From a virus (Duplodnaviria > Caudoviricetes), in the IMG/VR virus record IMGVR_UViG_3300018475_000104, positions 45,535 through 109,534 of that record: a DNA stretch of 64,000 nt. One strand, 5' to 3'. Under the pieces are notes generated by a model. That model was given only the letters and a program-made list of their open reading frames with translations. It was not told where the DNA came from and made no database searches. The stretch's first letter is position 1; every line of letters begins with the position of its first letter. Of the stretch, positions 45,129-55,645 are shown piece after piece. Both the position numbers and the translations under genes were made by a program.

Positions 45129-46535
45129 TTATTTCTTATACTTAGATAAAATGTCTTCAAGACCACCAGTTGGTGCATCTTTAGGGATATATTGAGGTTC
45201 CCTTGAAAATACTGAGGGATTAGATTTCTTTAACTCATAAGCTAATTCCTTATCGAGTTCAATAGCATTTTCATACTTATCGAGGTTCGCCTTGAATTCG
45301 GCAATCTTCTCATCGCTAAGCATTTCAGCATAGGAACTAATTACAGCTTCCTTCTCGGCTTTCACGACATTAGCCTTATAAGTTTCAAGTTCTGCATTTT
45401 TGTCGTTTAATTCTTCAATGCGGGTGCTTAGATTTTCAATTGTGACATTGAAAGATTCTACATCAATAGCATTAAACTTTTCAACCGCTTCATCCCTTTC
45501 CGTAGTTAAAGTAGCAATAGTATTATTTAGCTCTTCAATTTTGAGACCAAAATTTTCACTACTTTCTTTATATTCTGCCGCGTGTTCGAGAGTTTCATCA
45601 ACTAGCTCATAAGAGCCGCCATTTAGAGCACGTAGAGTCTCTACAGTATCTTTTTCCTTTTCGGAAAGATCCATAATATAAACGGGCATCTTTTCATTAA
45701 TTGAAATCTCGTCATTTTCATCGTCTTTTGTATAGTAAACTCTTTCAAACTTGGCTTCGGCATAATTATAAGCTAAAGCGTAGTCATCATAAACTTCGGT
45801 AATGGTGTAATCAATGATCCAACCATTCTCCTCGTTATAATTCTGGTTTAAAAGAGACCAAAGATAATCATGCTTCTGCGCGTCAGAAAGCTTAAAATTT
45901 AATTTTGACATTTCCGACTGTCCTCCTTGTGTTTTAGAATCAAGAGAATATTCTTCAATTTTCTTAACTAAATCTTTTAATTCTGAAGTAAGAGAGAAGA
46001 AGCTTGCGCCCTCAAAACAAGGCTCAACTTCGTCTCCTAATACTTGAAGCCCTAAAAAACAACCTTCTCTAAAACGGAATAATTGCTTTCCATTAATTAC
46101 TGTCCAATCACCAGCAATTGATGGTTCATAAATCTCCATTGATTGGGGTTTTCCAATAATTTGTTCGGCTTCATCATAAAGAGCAGTATAAATGAAGACA
46201 TCCGCGCAGGCATAAGTTCTCTCGATACCATCTTCATCCAAATGCTTTTCCCAAGCAAAATTATGATTTTCTGGAACTACTCCATAAATTCTACCAAGGC
46301 TTCTTTTGTTACCATGGTCAGAATAATCTTCTTCAAAATTATCGTAAATACCTTTCACCGGAGTGTAAGGTAGCGTCTTTATTAATTTTTCAGCAAATTC
46401 ATCACTGATGTAACTACCATTTCTGTTCTCATACTTGTAGAAAATTCTACATCTTCCTCTTGAAATAGTAGGAGAATATTTCTCTGTGATACTATAAACT
46501 GTAATCGGAAACTCTTTAACAGCTTTTAAATCCAT
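45129..46535 (-). CDS. Prohead protease-scaffold fusion
   Basis: NRNGSYI...QSMEI...LGDEVEPCFEGA protease-like N-half and an acidic coiled-coil C-half. Confidence 0.75.
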   Translation of the reverse strand: MDLKAVKEFPITVYSITEKYSPTISRGRCRIFYKYENRNGSYISDEFAEKLIKTLPYTPVKGIYDNFEEDYSDHGNKRSLGRIYGVVPENHNFAWEKHLDEDGIERTYACADVFIYTALYDEAEQIIGKPQSMEIYEPSIAGDWTVINGKQLFRFREGCFLGLQVLGDEVEPCFEGASFFSLTSELKDLVKKIEEYSLDSKTQGGQSEMSKLNFKLSDAQKHDYLWSLLNQNYNEENGWIIDYTITEVYDDYALAYNYAEAKFERVYYTKDDENDEISINEKMPVYIMDLSEKEKDTVETLRALNGGSYELVDETLEHAAEYKESSENFGLKIEELNNTIATLTTERDEAVEKFNAIDVESFNVTIENLSTRIEELNDKNAELETYKANVVKAEKEAVISSYAEMLSDEKIAEFKANLDKYENAIELDKELAYELKKSNPSVFSREPQYIPKDAPTGGLEDILSKYKK

Positions 46536-48070
46536 TAGTTAGAGCCTCCTTGATTTTCAATAGATTTTTCATTTTCGATAGTTTTTTCAGTCTTATCTTC
46601 TTCTTTTAGCGAAGGCCGTCCGCCTTCTTCAGTTGCTCCTGCACTTTCTTCCCCAGCACTCGCTGTATAAGCTGATTTTAAAGGAATTAATTTTTCTCCC
46701 AAATTCAATACTTCGTTTTCCAGGTCTTTTAAATTACTAAACTCAAGTTGAGAAAAACCACAGGCTAGAGCGGGCAATAGGAAACTATATCCGCTCTGTG
46801 CAAGTTTGAATGTGTCAGTGATATAATCTGATTCATTATAATAAGAAATAGGTAACATTAAATATTTAAAACTTAAAGCGCCATTTCCAAAGAGCCTGTT
46901 AACAACATTTGTAATGAATCGACCATATTTATTCGCAATTGACATCATTAAAGCAATATCATTCTTTATTGAAGTTTCCAAAGAAGAGCTACCCGTTGCA
47001 GCAAATAATTCACCACTAACGCCGCCTTCTGCATAAATATTTTGAACCATTTTTTCTAAAGCATTGTTGGCTGCTTCTGAACTTGTTCTTGAAATAATAG
47101 AATCAACATCCGCGTAAGTAGTCAAAACAGAAACATTTTTGTTTCCTTTCATCATACCAACAGTACCTTCATGGATTACTTCTGCTTCATCTGGTTCAAA
47201 CAATAGACCGCCATCAGTTAAATGAGGAATTTTCTGAACTATAATTTTTCTAATTTCCTCTAGTTCGCGTTCCCTTTCGGTCTCAACTGCTTCATCATAC
47301 TAAATCGTTGCAGGGATAATATTCAAAAACAAAGGCGCGCCATCATAAAATGGAAAACAAATACCAATATCACTTGGGATGATTACCCAAGGAGTATTTA
47401 CCTTGTCTTTTACCCATAAACGATAATAAGATGAAATAACTTTAGGATAAAGTTTTAATGCCTCTTGTCTGGATTCTTTATTAGAAATAGTATTGAAATA
47501 AGAAACATCAAATTCAATAATATCATTCCCAGTAAAATCCTTAAAGAGAGTTCTACAATAACCTTGAGGTAAATCTAATACCACAAAGTCGTGTTTATCT
47601 TTACCGACTAAAACTCCATAATACGCACCGTTGATAAGTGCACGAATTGAGAAATTAGTAAGTAAAGTGCTTAAAGACATTCTATCGACATACTCCATAG
47701 CACTATAATAACGCTTTTGTAGAGATTTTTCGGAGAGAGATTTTCCAGGCGCGGGATTAGGAATTAACACACCTGTATATTTTAAAAGCGTTGCGTAGTA
47801 CATTAAAATACGCTTATAGAATCCGTCTTTATAAAAGAAATCGCGAGATAATTTTGCTTGAAGAACAGTATCATTGGAGTTGATAATTTCTTGAATCTCT
47901 TTCATCGTATATTCTTTCTGTTTTCTATAAAGAGAATAACGACTATTGTTGTTATTCCAAGCAGTCTCGCTTGTTGCGACCATTTGATTAGAAATGCGTT
48001 TAAAGGAGTCTAATGTAAATCTCTGAGGGATTTGGTTGGCCGCATTATCCTTATTTAGTTTTTCCGACAT
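46535..48070 (-). CDS. Portal protein (511 aa, 1 TAG at 47300)
   Basis: Two track fragments are co-framed across the TAG; lies between terminase and protease; acidic EEGGRP tail. Confidence 0.8.
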
Positions 48071-48072
48071 CG

Positions 48073-49875
48073 TTAGCCTCCCGTAAAGAACACCAACTTA
48101 CGTTCGCCGCCAGAGGTTCCAAAACGACGTCGACTCTTCTTGGCGGCTTCTTCTTCGATTTCTTTGATTCTCCACTGCCCATAGGCGAATGAAGAATACT
48201 TATCTTTAGGAAATCTTGGATTAATTTGCTCAAGAACAATGTCTAAGCCAGTACCTGTCCGTTTTAAACGTAAATTAGCCATTTCTTCGAAAAGTTTAGT
48301 GGTCATTTCGTGAGGAAGTAATCTCTTGACCCTATCTTCAATGGACATTTTTTGTCCCTTTTTGGTTGCAAGCAAAGCATTCTTTGCTTCCTATTCCTTA
48401 ATTAAGAAACGAACCATACCACCATTCAATCTTGAATAGCAATTACCATGAATTTTAGAGTTTAAAGGACCATTTGCCTTTAAAGAATAAAGAATTTGTC
48501 GCGCATCCTTTGGTTGAATCTTTTTATACTCATTATCATTAAAAAACCCATATGCTGGAAGGTAATTTCCTTGCTCATCATATTGGGGTTTAATCATTTC
48601 ATCGGCAAGGCCGATACCAAGGCCGTTTGTATCGATTACTACCTCTCGAGGATTAAAGTCTCGAATGATGGTTTTTAAGTCGATAGCCTGTTGTGTAAAT
48701 GTCTTGGTTTGAGATTGTCTACCAAGAACAAAAAGATTAACTAAGGTAGAGTAATATCTTCCTTGGGCAATATTAACTCGGAAAACGCAGCAAACTGTTT
48801 GGTCATGGAGTCTTCCTACGTCCACTGATAATAAGTAAAATTGATCACTACCGGCTCTAAAAATTGCACGCTTTTCTGGATTTTTAATTTTTCTATATTT
48901 TGCCAATTTGTCAAAGTTAAACCAAGATTCATCACTACCACCACTCCAAATGGACATATACTCGCGCGCAAAGGACTCCTCGTTGTAAGAAGGGCTCATG
49001 CGCAATTTATTGATAAAGGTTTTATCAAGTAGTCCATGAAGCATTGGAACACGATAATCACAACCTAAACAAAATGAATGGTCAGGGTCGATAATGGAGT
49101 TTTCAAAAGTATCTAAAAGTCTTTCATAAGCGAAAGAAGTTTTAACCCCAGCAGAAGTCATACAAATTACTTCTTGGTTTGGTTCTTTTTCGTTTACGGT
49201 ATTGTCTGGCAAACGGCGTGAAACGTTCATTAGAGGTAAAACAATTTCGTTGATGGCTGTTTCATCATGGTCACGAATCTCGTCAATAAGGCCGCCATGT
49301 CTACGACCACCACGTTGGGAGTCTAAGGCGCCGACAACGTCAAATTGGGAACCATTTCGAAATTTAAGAGTTACATAGTCTTTACCAAAATTACCAGGTG
49401 TATCTGAAATATCTCCGCCAATGACTTCGCGCCGTATAAGTGGCCATCTGTCGTAGATTTCGGTGATTTTTTCTTTTGCAATCTGCGCAGACTGGTTTTT
49501 ATTAGGAGCGCAAATGAATCGTTTTGTACCAGGAATAAAAATACACTAAAGAATCATCGCAAGAATAGTTAAAAATGATTTTGAGAAAGCACGAGGAGCG
49601 GTTACAAAAATATCCTTAAACCGCATAATCGCGCGCAAGACAATTCTTTGATAGAAAAATAAATCAAAGTTTGAATCAACAGGCTTAATTAAGTCTAAAA
49701 ATACATCTGGATAAGCCGTGAAGAACTCAGCATACTACTTAAACAATTCCTCATGGGCTTCCAAATAGTCATTAGTTAAAACAACACCTTTATCTAATTC
49801 TATGCCTTCGCGCTGTATAGGTATATAATTATCATCATTTCTATTTAAAGAAAGTAATTTAATAGGCTCGCTCAT
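48073..49875 (-). CDS. terL: Terminase large subunit (600 aa, 3 TAG)
   Basis: APRAFSKS Walker-A-like, RGGR...LIDE Walker-B, MTSAG coupling motif, SVDVGR nuclease Asp and KDKYS. Confidence 0.9.
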
Positions 49876-50855
49876 TAGTCCACCTCAACCTCAAACTCTT
49901 CATCTTCTTTAAATAACTTCTCAAAACCTTCATTCTCAAATTCATCTAAATCATATTCTCTATTAGTATCATAAAAGTTTTCTTGTTCTTTGGCAGATTT
50001 AAGTGCGTCAAGACGACGAGTTATTTCTTCTCCAATTGAGGATTCATTTGTATACAAACGCTAATTGTAACTTTGGATATTCTTAATTGTTTCATCAACA
50101 ATATCCCTTGTAACTCCATCGAAAAACTTATTCTTCCAACCTCTCTTCTCAAGCCAGCGGAATAATTCTCCAACAGAATCAAAGTCCGAAGCATTCTTTG
50201 CGTTTTTGGGAGTGAACTCCGCAACCTTAACAAGTTTGTCATAACTAGTCAAAAGTTTATCAAAGTCTGCTCCGGCACGAATTCTCGATTCAAGTTCAAG
50301 AGAAATCATGCACAATTGTTGGGCTTGTTTTGTCTACAGCGCGCCATTAACATTTTGAGTCTTAAGTATTCCACTATAAAGATCTTCGAGGTAAATGAGT
50401 TGTTCTTCATCGTAATTCGCACCCCACTTCTCTCTTAACTTGTTAAACTTTTCATCTCTAAGTAAAGGAAGTTCATCTTCAATGACGCCTCGTTCCTTTA
50501 AAGCTTTAAACTGATGATAATAATCATCCCAGCCAATATTAATATATTCTTCTCCCTTGAAAATTGCCGCATAAACTCCCCAGATATTCTCTTCGGAGTT
50601 CATCTCTTTTAACCTCTCCCATTCCTTAGGAACCCAAGGTAAGTCAGCCCACTGGCAAACTTTATCAACCGCGCGCCAATCAAAGTCAGCTTCTTTCAAA
50701 AAGTCAGTAATACATCCATTACAAACAGGCAAACTCCCATTGAAAAAATAGGAGTTTGTCTATGTAAAGTTTTCTTCTCCAAACTCGCCGCCGCAGCGTT
50801 GGCACTTTTTAAACCCAAAAGAACTTTTCTTTTTAATTTTCGGTGCTAAAGCCAT
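49875..50855 (-). CDS. Zn-finger protein, candidate terminase small subunit (TAG-recoded)
   Basis: CQRC...CNGC N-terminus; three fragments are co-framed; directly upstream of terL. Confidence 0.6.
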
Positions 50856-51081
50856 CGTGTTTTACCTCCCGTAGCATTTTGATAATGTCTCTACGTAGGG
50901 TGCGGCGCAGTGTTGGAAATTTTTCAACCATGTCAAATAAAAGTGTTTCGCCTGTTTTTAAGGCTTCGCCGCCGTCAGCGAAAATTGAAACTCCCATTAC
51001 CTTGGCTAAACCATAAGCCTCAACGGCATTTAACTTAACCAGTAATGAAAGGAATTCATCATTTTGTCGTCTATTAATCAT
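50833..51081 (-). CDS. Hypothetical protein
   Basis: 82-aa ORF coupled to the upstream gene by ATGA overlap. Confidence 0.7.
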   Translation of the reverse strand: MINRRQNDEFLSLLVKLNAVEAYGLAKVMGVSIFADGGEALKTGETLLFDMVEKFPTLRRTLRRDIIKMLREVKHDGFSTEN

Positions 51082-52418
51082 TTCAACTCTCCTTTTCGTG
51101 CCTCTCTTTTTTTCTTATCACATCTCTTACACTGAGTGGCAAATCCATCAGCAGAGCGAGCTTTGCGCACGAAATTATCAGTAGAGATAAGTAAAGTTTC
51201 GCCGCATCCTCTACACTTTTTAAAGTTCTCCTCAAAGCATAAGTTGACTACGATTTCTTCGTGGAGTGCGGCGGCATCATTAATTGCAGGAATTATATGA
51301 TGACGGAATATTGTACTTATATAATTTGGATTATAGGTTTTGCCATATTTCTTATTAATAATTTTTGCAATATCCTAATTCTGTACGTGGTCTAACTTTA
51401 GGTTTAAAATGTCTTGGTGAATTTCACTTAGTTGCGCGCGTTTAACATAAAAGTCCAGCGTATTAAGGAAAGGACGAATTGTGGAAAACACATCTTCTCT
51501 TTCCTAAAAATCCTTTAACTCATCAAGCATAACAAAAGCATTGTAAACGTGTTCTAACTCTCTAAAATCAAAGGTTTCTATTTTTTCATCCTTTCGCGCC
51601 CAGTAAGTACGAATAACCTTCTCAATCTCTTCCTCACTAAAATCCTAAGGAAGTGGGAATCTTTCCTCAGGGAAGAGCTTTTTGTTTTCCTCATACCTAA
51701 GCCCGCAAGGCATTACCTTAATATCCGCATCGAATACGGGTTTTAAAACCACATCAGGTTCTCTATTATCCAAAGTTTGAATAGTTGGATTGTAATAATC
51801 CTTCAAAGAAAATTGCTCACGGCGCAATTCAACCAAAAGGTGACGAGTTTTTAAATAGTTATACTAATTAAGTCGATTTGCTCTTCCTTTTAAATACTCA
51901 ATATCTTCTTGAGAAAAACGTTCAAGGAGTTCTTTTCTGGGTTCAAGTTTACGCTTATTGTGCGCGAGGTCATAAAAATTAATAACAAGGTCTAACTCAT
52001 CAATTTGTTCCCAAAGATCTTCCAACTTCTCCAAAATATGAGGCGGCGCAAGTTTGCGTGCTTCTTCTCTTGAAAATACAATGCGAGGTTGTTTAAGAGG
52101 AGGAGAGTTAGGAGACTAAATTGAAGTTTCCGAAAATCCAGGGGTTTCCATTAGGGCGTCAAGAGATTCGGCTTGGGCGACGTCCCAGGTTTTGTTGCGC
52201 GATTCAAGCTGAATATATTTTGATTGTTTGGCGTTTAGGCCAGTTTTTGGGTCTTTTCCCCAGAGTACGTAGTTGGCGCAAGTTTCGAGTTCATCGGGCG
52301 TTAAGGGTTTTGTTTTAAATTGGTCTTGCGCGAGGTACTCTTCCAAAAATTGAATACGTTCGTTATTTGTTGAAAGGGAAAAGTCGAGTTTTAGTCGATT
52401 TTTTTTCGTGTTTGGCAT
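51078..52418 (-). CDS. 446-aa protein with C-terminal HTH-like and Zn-ribbon motifs (TAG-recoded); first gene of the late operon
   Basis: Fragments starting at 52418 and 51836 are co-framed; DIAKIINKKYGKTYNPNYISTI then CRGC...CKRC; TGA at 51078. Confidence 0.65.
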
Positions 52419-52535
52419 TTTTTATAATTTAAAATCTACGTTTGACACTTTTGGTGAAGGTTTTTTGTGTAAGTAAGAAATGTTAAAAGTGCTAAAAAAC
52501 GTAGAGGTACTCCTGTTTTAATTCCTTCTACTATT

Positions 52536-52565
52536 ATTATATCACAAAAGGTTAAAGAGGGTCAA
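52536..52565 (-). promoter_or_regulatory. Promoter for the leftward morphogenesis operon
   Basis: TTGACC-18 bp-TATAAT with an extended TG. Confidence 0.55.
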
Positions 52566-52675
52566 ATTTTTTTCGGAGAGAATTTTGGACGTAGAGGGCG
52601 GCGATGGGTTAAAAATTAGGAAAGTTGACGAAAGAGAAAATTTATGGTATAATAAAAGAAAAAGGAGTTTTAGAA

Positions 52676-52813
52676 ATGATTGATTTTTTGGCTATTTTAT
52701 TGGCAAAGGCGTTTTATGGGGATGAAGGGGCACAGGGTTGTTTAGTGCTGTTGATAGTTGCATTTTTTGTGCTAGGCGGGATTGGTGCGTTGATTGGGGC
52801 GATTTTTAATTAA
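52676..52813 (+). CDS. Small membrane peptide
   Basis: Own promoter (TTGACG 52625, TATAAT 52648), RBS AAGGAG, hydrophobic sequence. Confidence 0.6.
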   Translation: MIDFLAILLAKAFYGDEGAQGCLVLLIVAFFVLGGIGALIGAIFN

Positions 52814-52910
52814 GGTGGGTTTGAAAAATTATTTCGTGGTACTTAGATTCCAGGGCCACTTCATCACACTAAAGTGATAAAGCGTTCTTCCCAGAACCAA
52901 CGGGGGTTTA

Positions 52911-52940
52911 TTACAAAAGTGTTACAAAATGTTACAAAAG
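52911..52940 (+). repeat. Three tandem TTACAAAA repeats
   Basis: TTACAAAAGT GTTACAAAAT GTTACAAAAG just upstream of the first early promoter. Confidence 0.7.
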
Positions 52941-52968
52941 AAAGTCAAAAGAAATTATTAAAAAGGGG

Positions 52969-52997
52969 TTGACTTTAGACGGGGATAGTGGTATCAT
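52969..52997 (+). promoter_or_regulatory. First early promoter
   Basis: TTGACT-17 bp-TATCAT with TG; the spacer contains a TTAGACG half-site of the 19-bp palindrome. Confidence 0.7.
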
Positions 52998-53055
52998 TAT
53001 AAGCGTCAGGGGGACATACCCAAGGCATAAACCAAAACGAAAGAGAGACTGACCC

Positions 53056-53232
53056 ATGTTCAAGACTATCGAAGAAGAAATCCGCATCTATATCGCCACT
53101 GCCGAAGATTATCAGAACCGCGCAATTCAGGCTTTCGCCAAGGGCGACCTTGAAAAAGCCCATCAACTGATGGACATCGCCTGCGAAGGCAAGCGCATCG
53201 CGGATATGCTGACCCGATGGGTCAGCCAATAA
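53056..53232 (+). CDS. Hypothetical early protein (58 aa; below the track cutoff)
   Basis: MFKTIEEEIRIYIATAEDYQNRA...; GC-rich codon usage matches neighbours. Confidence 0.7.
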   Translation: MFKTIEEEIRIYIATAEDYQNRAIQAFAKGDLEKAHQLMDIACEGKRIADMLTRWVSQ

Positions 53233-53237
53233 CAAAA

Positions 53238-53283
53238 GCGTCTGCAGGTGTGAGTCCTGCACTGATGAGCAGAAGCTAAACGC
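53238..53283 (+). ncRNA. Type III hammerhead ribozyme, variant copy (G12U)
   Basis: GCGTC-TGCAGG[TGTGAGT]CCTGCA-CTGATGA-GC[AGAA]GC-TAAA-CGC; the core GAAA is TAAA. Confidence 0.7.
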
Positions 53284-53301
53284 AAGAAAGGGAGTAAGAC
53301 A

Positions 53302-53820
53302 ATGAAACAGTACACTTTCAACAAGACGGACTCCGGCTACCTTGGCAAGGCTTTCGAAATGGCGATAAAAGACGCCCTGCGTCGCAAGAACGCTGACCGC
53401 GTAAGCCCCTGCGGAAGCGCAGACTTCCGTTACAATCGCCGCAACTATGACAGCAAGCAGAACGGCTCTGTCCTGCGCTATGCTGAAACCGCCCAATATG
53501 TCAAGGGTTCAAGCCGTGTGGTATACGCCACACATATCGCCTACAATGTGGTAGCTGAAACCGCCGACACCATCACCATCGAAGTTGACCTGCTGAACAC
53601 TGATATGTTCGTGTTCGACCGCAAAGAATTCGTTGACTACCTGACGGAAATCGGCTGTGTCAAGGTCAACGCAAGCCGTGGAACGGTCAACATCCAGACC
53701 GTCTACAACTACAAAAAAGACGCCTACCATGGCCGCAAGGGGCGCATGATTGAAGAGTGGGGATTCGACCATGACCTGGGCGATGACATCATTGGGGACA
53801 TCTTGGCGGGGCTTGAATAA
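53302..53820 (+). CDS. Hypothetical early protein, possibly PD-(D/E)XK-like
   Basis: 172 aa; RBS GGGAG; GKAFE...ADF...YDSKQ spacing. Confidence 0.75.
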   Translation: MKQYTFNKTDSGYLGKAFEMAIKDALRRKNADRVSPCGSADFRYNRRNYDSKQNGSVLRYAETAQYVKGSSRVVYATHIAYNVVAETADTITIEVDLLNTDMFVFDRKEFVDYLTEIGCVKVNASRGTVNIQTVYNYKKDAYHGRKGRMIEEWGFDHDLGDDIIGDILAGLE

Positions 53821-53835
53821 GCCCCATGCCACCCC

Positions 53836-53885
53836 TTGGGTCTGCAGGTGTAAGTCCTGCACTGATGAGCAGAAGCGAAACCCAA
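53836..53885 (+). ncRNA. Type III hammerhead ribozyme, intact core; predicted cleavage after C53842
   Basis: TTGGGTC-TGCAGG[TGTAAGT]CCTGCA-CTGATGA-GC[AGAA]GC-GAAA-CCCAA; all conserved core bases and stems I-III present. Confidence 0.88.
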
Positions 53886-53905
53886 ACAAGAAAGGAAGTA
53901 TAACC

Positions 53906-54253
53906 ATGACCACTATCGAACTGAAGAATCTTGCCCATGCTAAGATGGTAGAAGCTATGACCCTGCTGAGAGCCGCCTATGAAATGGCTGACATGGAAGC
54001 CGCTAATGCAGAAACTAAAGAGCGCCATGCTGCTGATGTGCTTGCCCGTTTCGAACATATGTATCCTGTGTTTGAAGGGATGCCGAACTTTGAAGCTGAT
54101 ATGGACACTGCGCAGGAGGTCTATGACAACGCTTGGCGCAAGGCTGACCTGCTTCGCTATGATGCTGACCAGATTGATAGCGCGATGCTTACCATGCGCG
54201 ATGCGATTGATGCTATTGAAGATACATGGTACTATGAGGAACTGGGTCGCTGA
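53906..54253 (+). CDS. Hypothetical acidic helical early protein
   Basis: RBS AAGGAAG then ATG 53906 (MTTIELK). Confidence 0.75.
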   Translation: MTTIELKNLAHAKMVEAMTLLRAAYEMADMEAANAETKERHAADVLARFEHMYPVFEGMPNFEADMDTAQEVYDNAWRKADLLRYDADQIDSAMLTMRDAIDAIEDTWYYEELGR

Positions 54254-54366
54254 TGGCGACCCTTTTCTTATTGGTTAGATTTAGACGTTCGACGTCTAAA
54301 CCATGTATTGACGCAAGCGCGCAGGTGTGGTATAATGAGGGTACCGAAGTAAGGGAGGGAAAAAGT

Positions 54367-54534
54367 ATGAAGTGTGTGTACTTTGAGGATGGGACTATTA
54401 TGATGTGTGAGCGGCAGTGCACTCTGCGCCGCAATATAAAGGTGAAGCTGAGCTGTGATGGACCTATGCGCTACTGGTTCAGGCCTACGGATGCATATCG
54501 TAAGGCTATGATACGTTATCAGCTTATATATTAA
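54367..54534 (+). CDS. Hypothetical early protein
   Basis: Promoter at 54308-54336, RBS GGGAGG, ATG 54367. Confidence 0.7.
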   Translation: MKCVYFEDGTIMMCERQCTLRRNIKVKLSCDGPMRYWFRPTDAYRKAMIRYQLIY

Positions 54535-54657
54535 GCTGATGGCGGCTGTTTAGACGTGTTACGTCTAAATTAGGGGTTGACGATTTTTGGAAAAAATGGT
54601 ATACTATGCTTGCAAGTTGAGGGAAGGACACCCACCAAACCGGAAAGGAAGATAAAA

Positions 54658-55056
54658 ATGCGAGTAACGAAGAACATCAAGGAATACATTGAGCGCCATG
54701 TGAAGGAAAAGGTCTATGCCAAGTATGAGACCGAGCGCCTGGAAGCTGAAAGACAGCGCAAAATTGTCGATGATTTTTGGGAAAAAATGACTGAAACCGT
54801 AGAGCGTCAGGCTGAAACTATGGTCAATGAATTTTTGGAAAATCATGGTGATATCGTAGAAAGAACTTCTGAACGAGATATCGTTAGTTATTGTTCCTAT
54901 GTCCTCCAGCTTAAGGACAAATGCTATATCAATTCTGTGCATAAGTGGCGCGAGCGTGCAAACACGGAAGTTCGAGAAATTGTGGATAATATTATCGTAA
55001 CTCTTGAACTTGGCGGTTCCAAAGCAGATTTGGACAGAATGTTGAGTGAGATTTAA
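54658..55056 (+). CDS. Hypothetical early protein
   Basis: Promoter at 54577-54605, RBS AAGGAAG; followed by a GGAAGGGGAG/CTCCCCTTCC terminator. Confidence 0.75.
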   Translation: MRVTKNIKEYIERHVKEKVYAKYETERLEAERQRKIVDDFWEKMTETVERQAETMVNEFLENHGDIVERTSERDIVSYCSYVLQLKDKCYINSVHKWRERANTEVREIVDNIIVTLELGGSKADLDRMLSEI

Positions 55057-55195
55057 CGGAAGGGGAGTTTCTCCCCTTCCTTTCCTTTTTTTCACAAAAA
55101 AAATTAGACGTCAAACGTCTAAATTAACCGTTGACTTTTTTCAGAAAATCGTTTATAATGAGGTCACAAGGTTGAGAAAGAAAGGGGTCAGAAAA

Positions 55196-55645
55196 ATGAC
55201 TATTTACTTTGACATGGACGGAACTATTGCCAATCTGTATGGTGTGGAAAATTGGCTCGAAAAATTGCGCGCGGAAGATGCGTCGCCGTATCTGGAAGCT
55301 GAGCCGCTGGTAGATATGCGTGAGCTGTCGCGCCTGCTGAATATTCTCCAGCTCAGCGGCGTAAATTTGGGCATTATTTCTTGGCTGAGCAAGGATGCCA
55401 CAAAAGAATATGATAAAATGGTGCGCCGCGCGAAAAGGGAATGGCTTATAAAAAATTTGCCAGCTGTTGAATGGGACGAAATCCATTTGGTAAAATATGG
55501 AACACCGAAACATTCTTGCTGTCGAGAAAATTTTGGAATTTTATTCGATGACAATGATGCCGTGCGTGAAAAGTGGGAAAAACGGGGAACGGCATTTGAT
55601 GTCGGAAATATTTTAGAAATTTTGGAGATTTTCTCCTTAATTTAA
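55196..55645 (+). CDS. HAD-family 5'(3')-deoxyribonucleotidase-like phosphatase
   Basis: IYFDMDGTIA motif I, K..WL, ILFDD motif IV. Confidence 0.85.
   Translation: MTIYFDMDGTIANLYGVENWLEKLRAEDASPYLEAEPLVDMRELSRLLNILQLSGVNLGIISWLSKDATKEYDKMVRRAKREWLIKNLPAVEWDEIHLVKYGTPKHSCCRENFGILFDDNDAVREKWEKRGTAFDVGNILEILEIFSLI

Noticed and set aside
16032-52418. Fragmented structural genes as pseudogenes, a decayed prophage or sequencing errors
   Set aside because: Breaks are in-frame TAG with no frameshifts between fragments, RBSs and couplings are intact, and a CUA tRNA is present. Recoding explains all of this.
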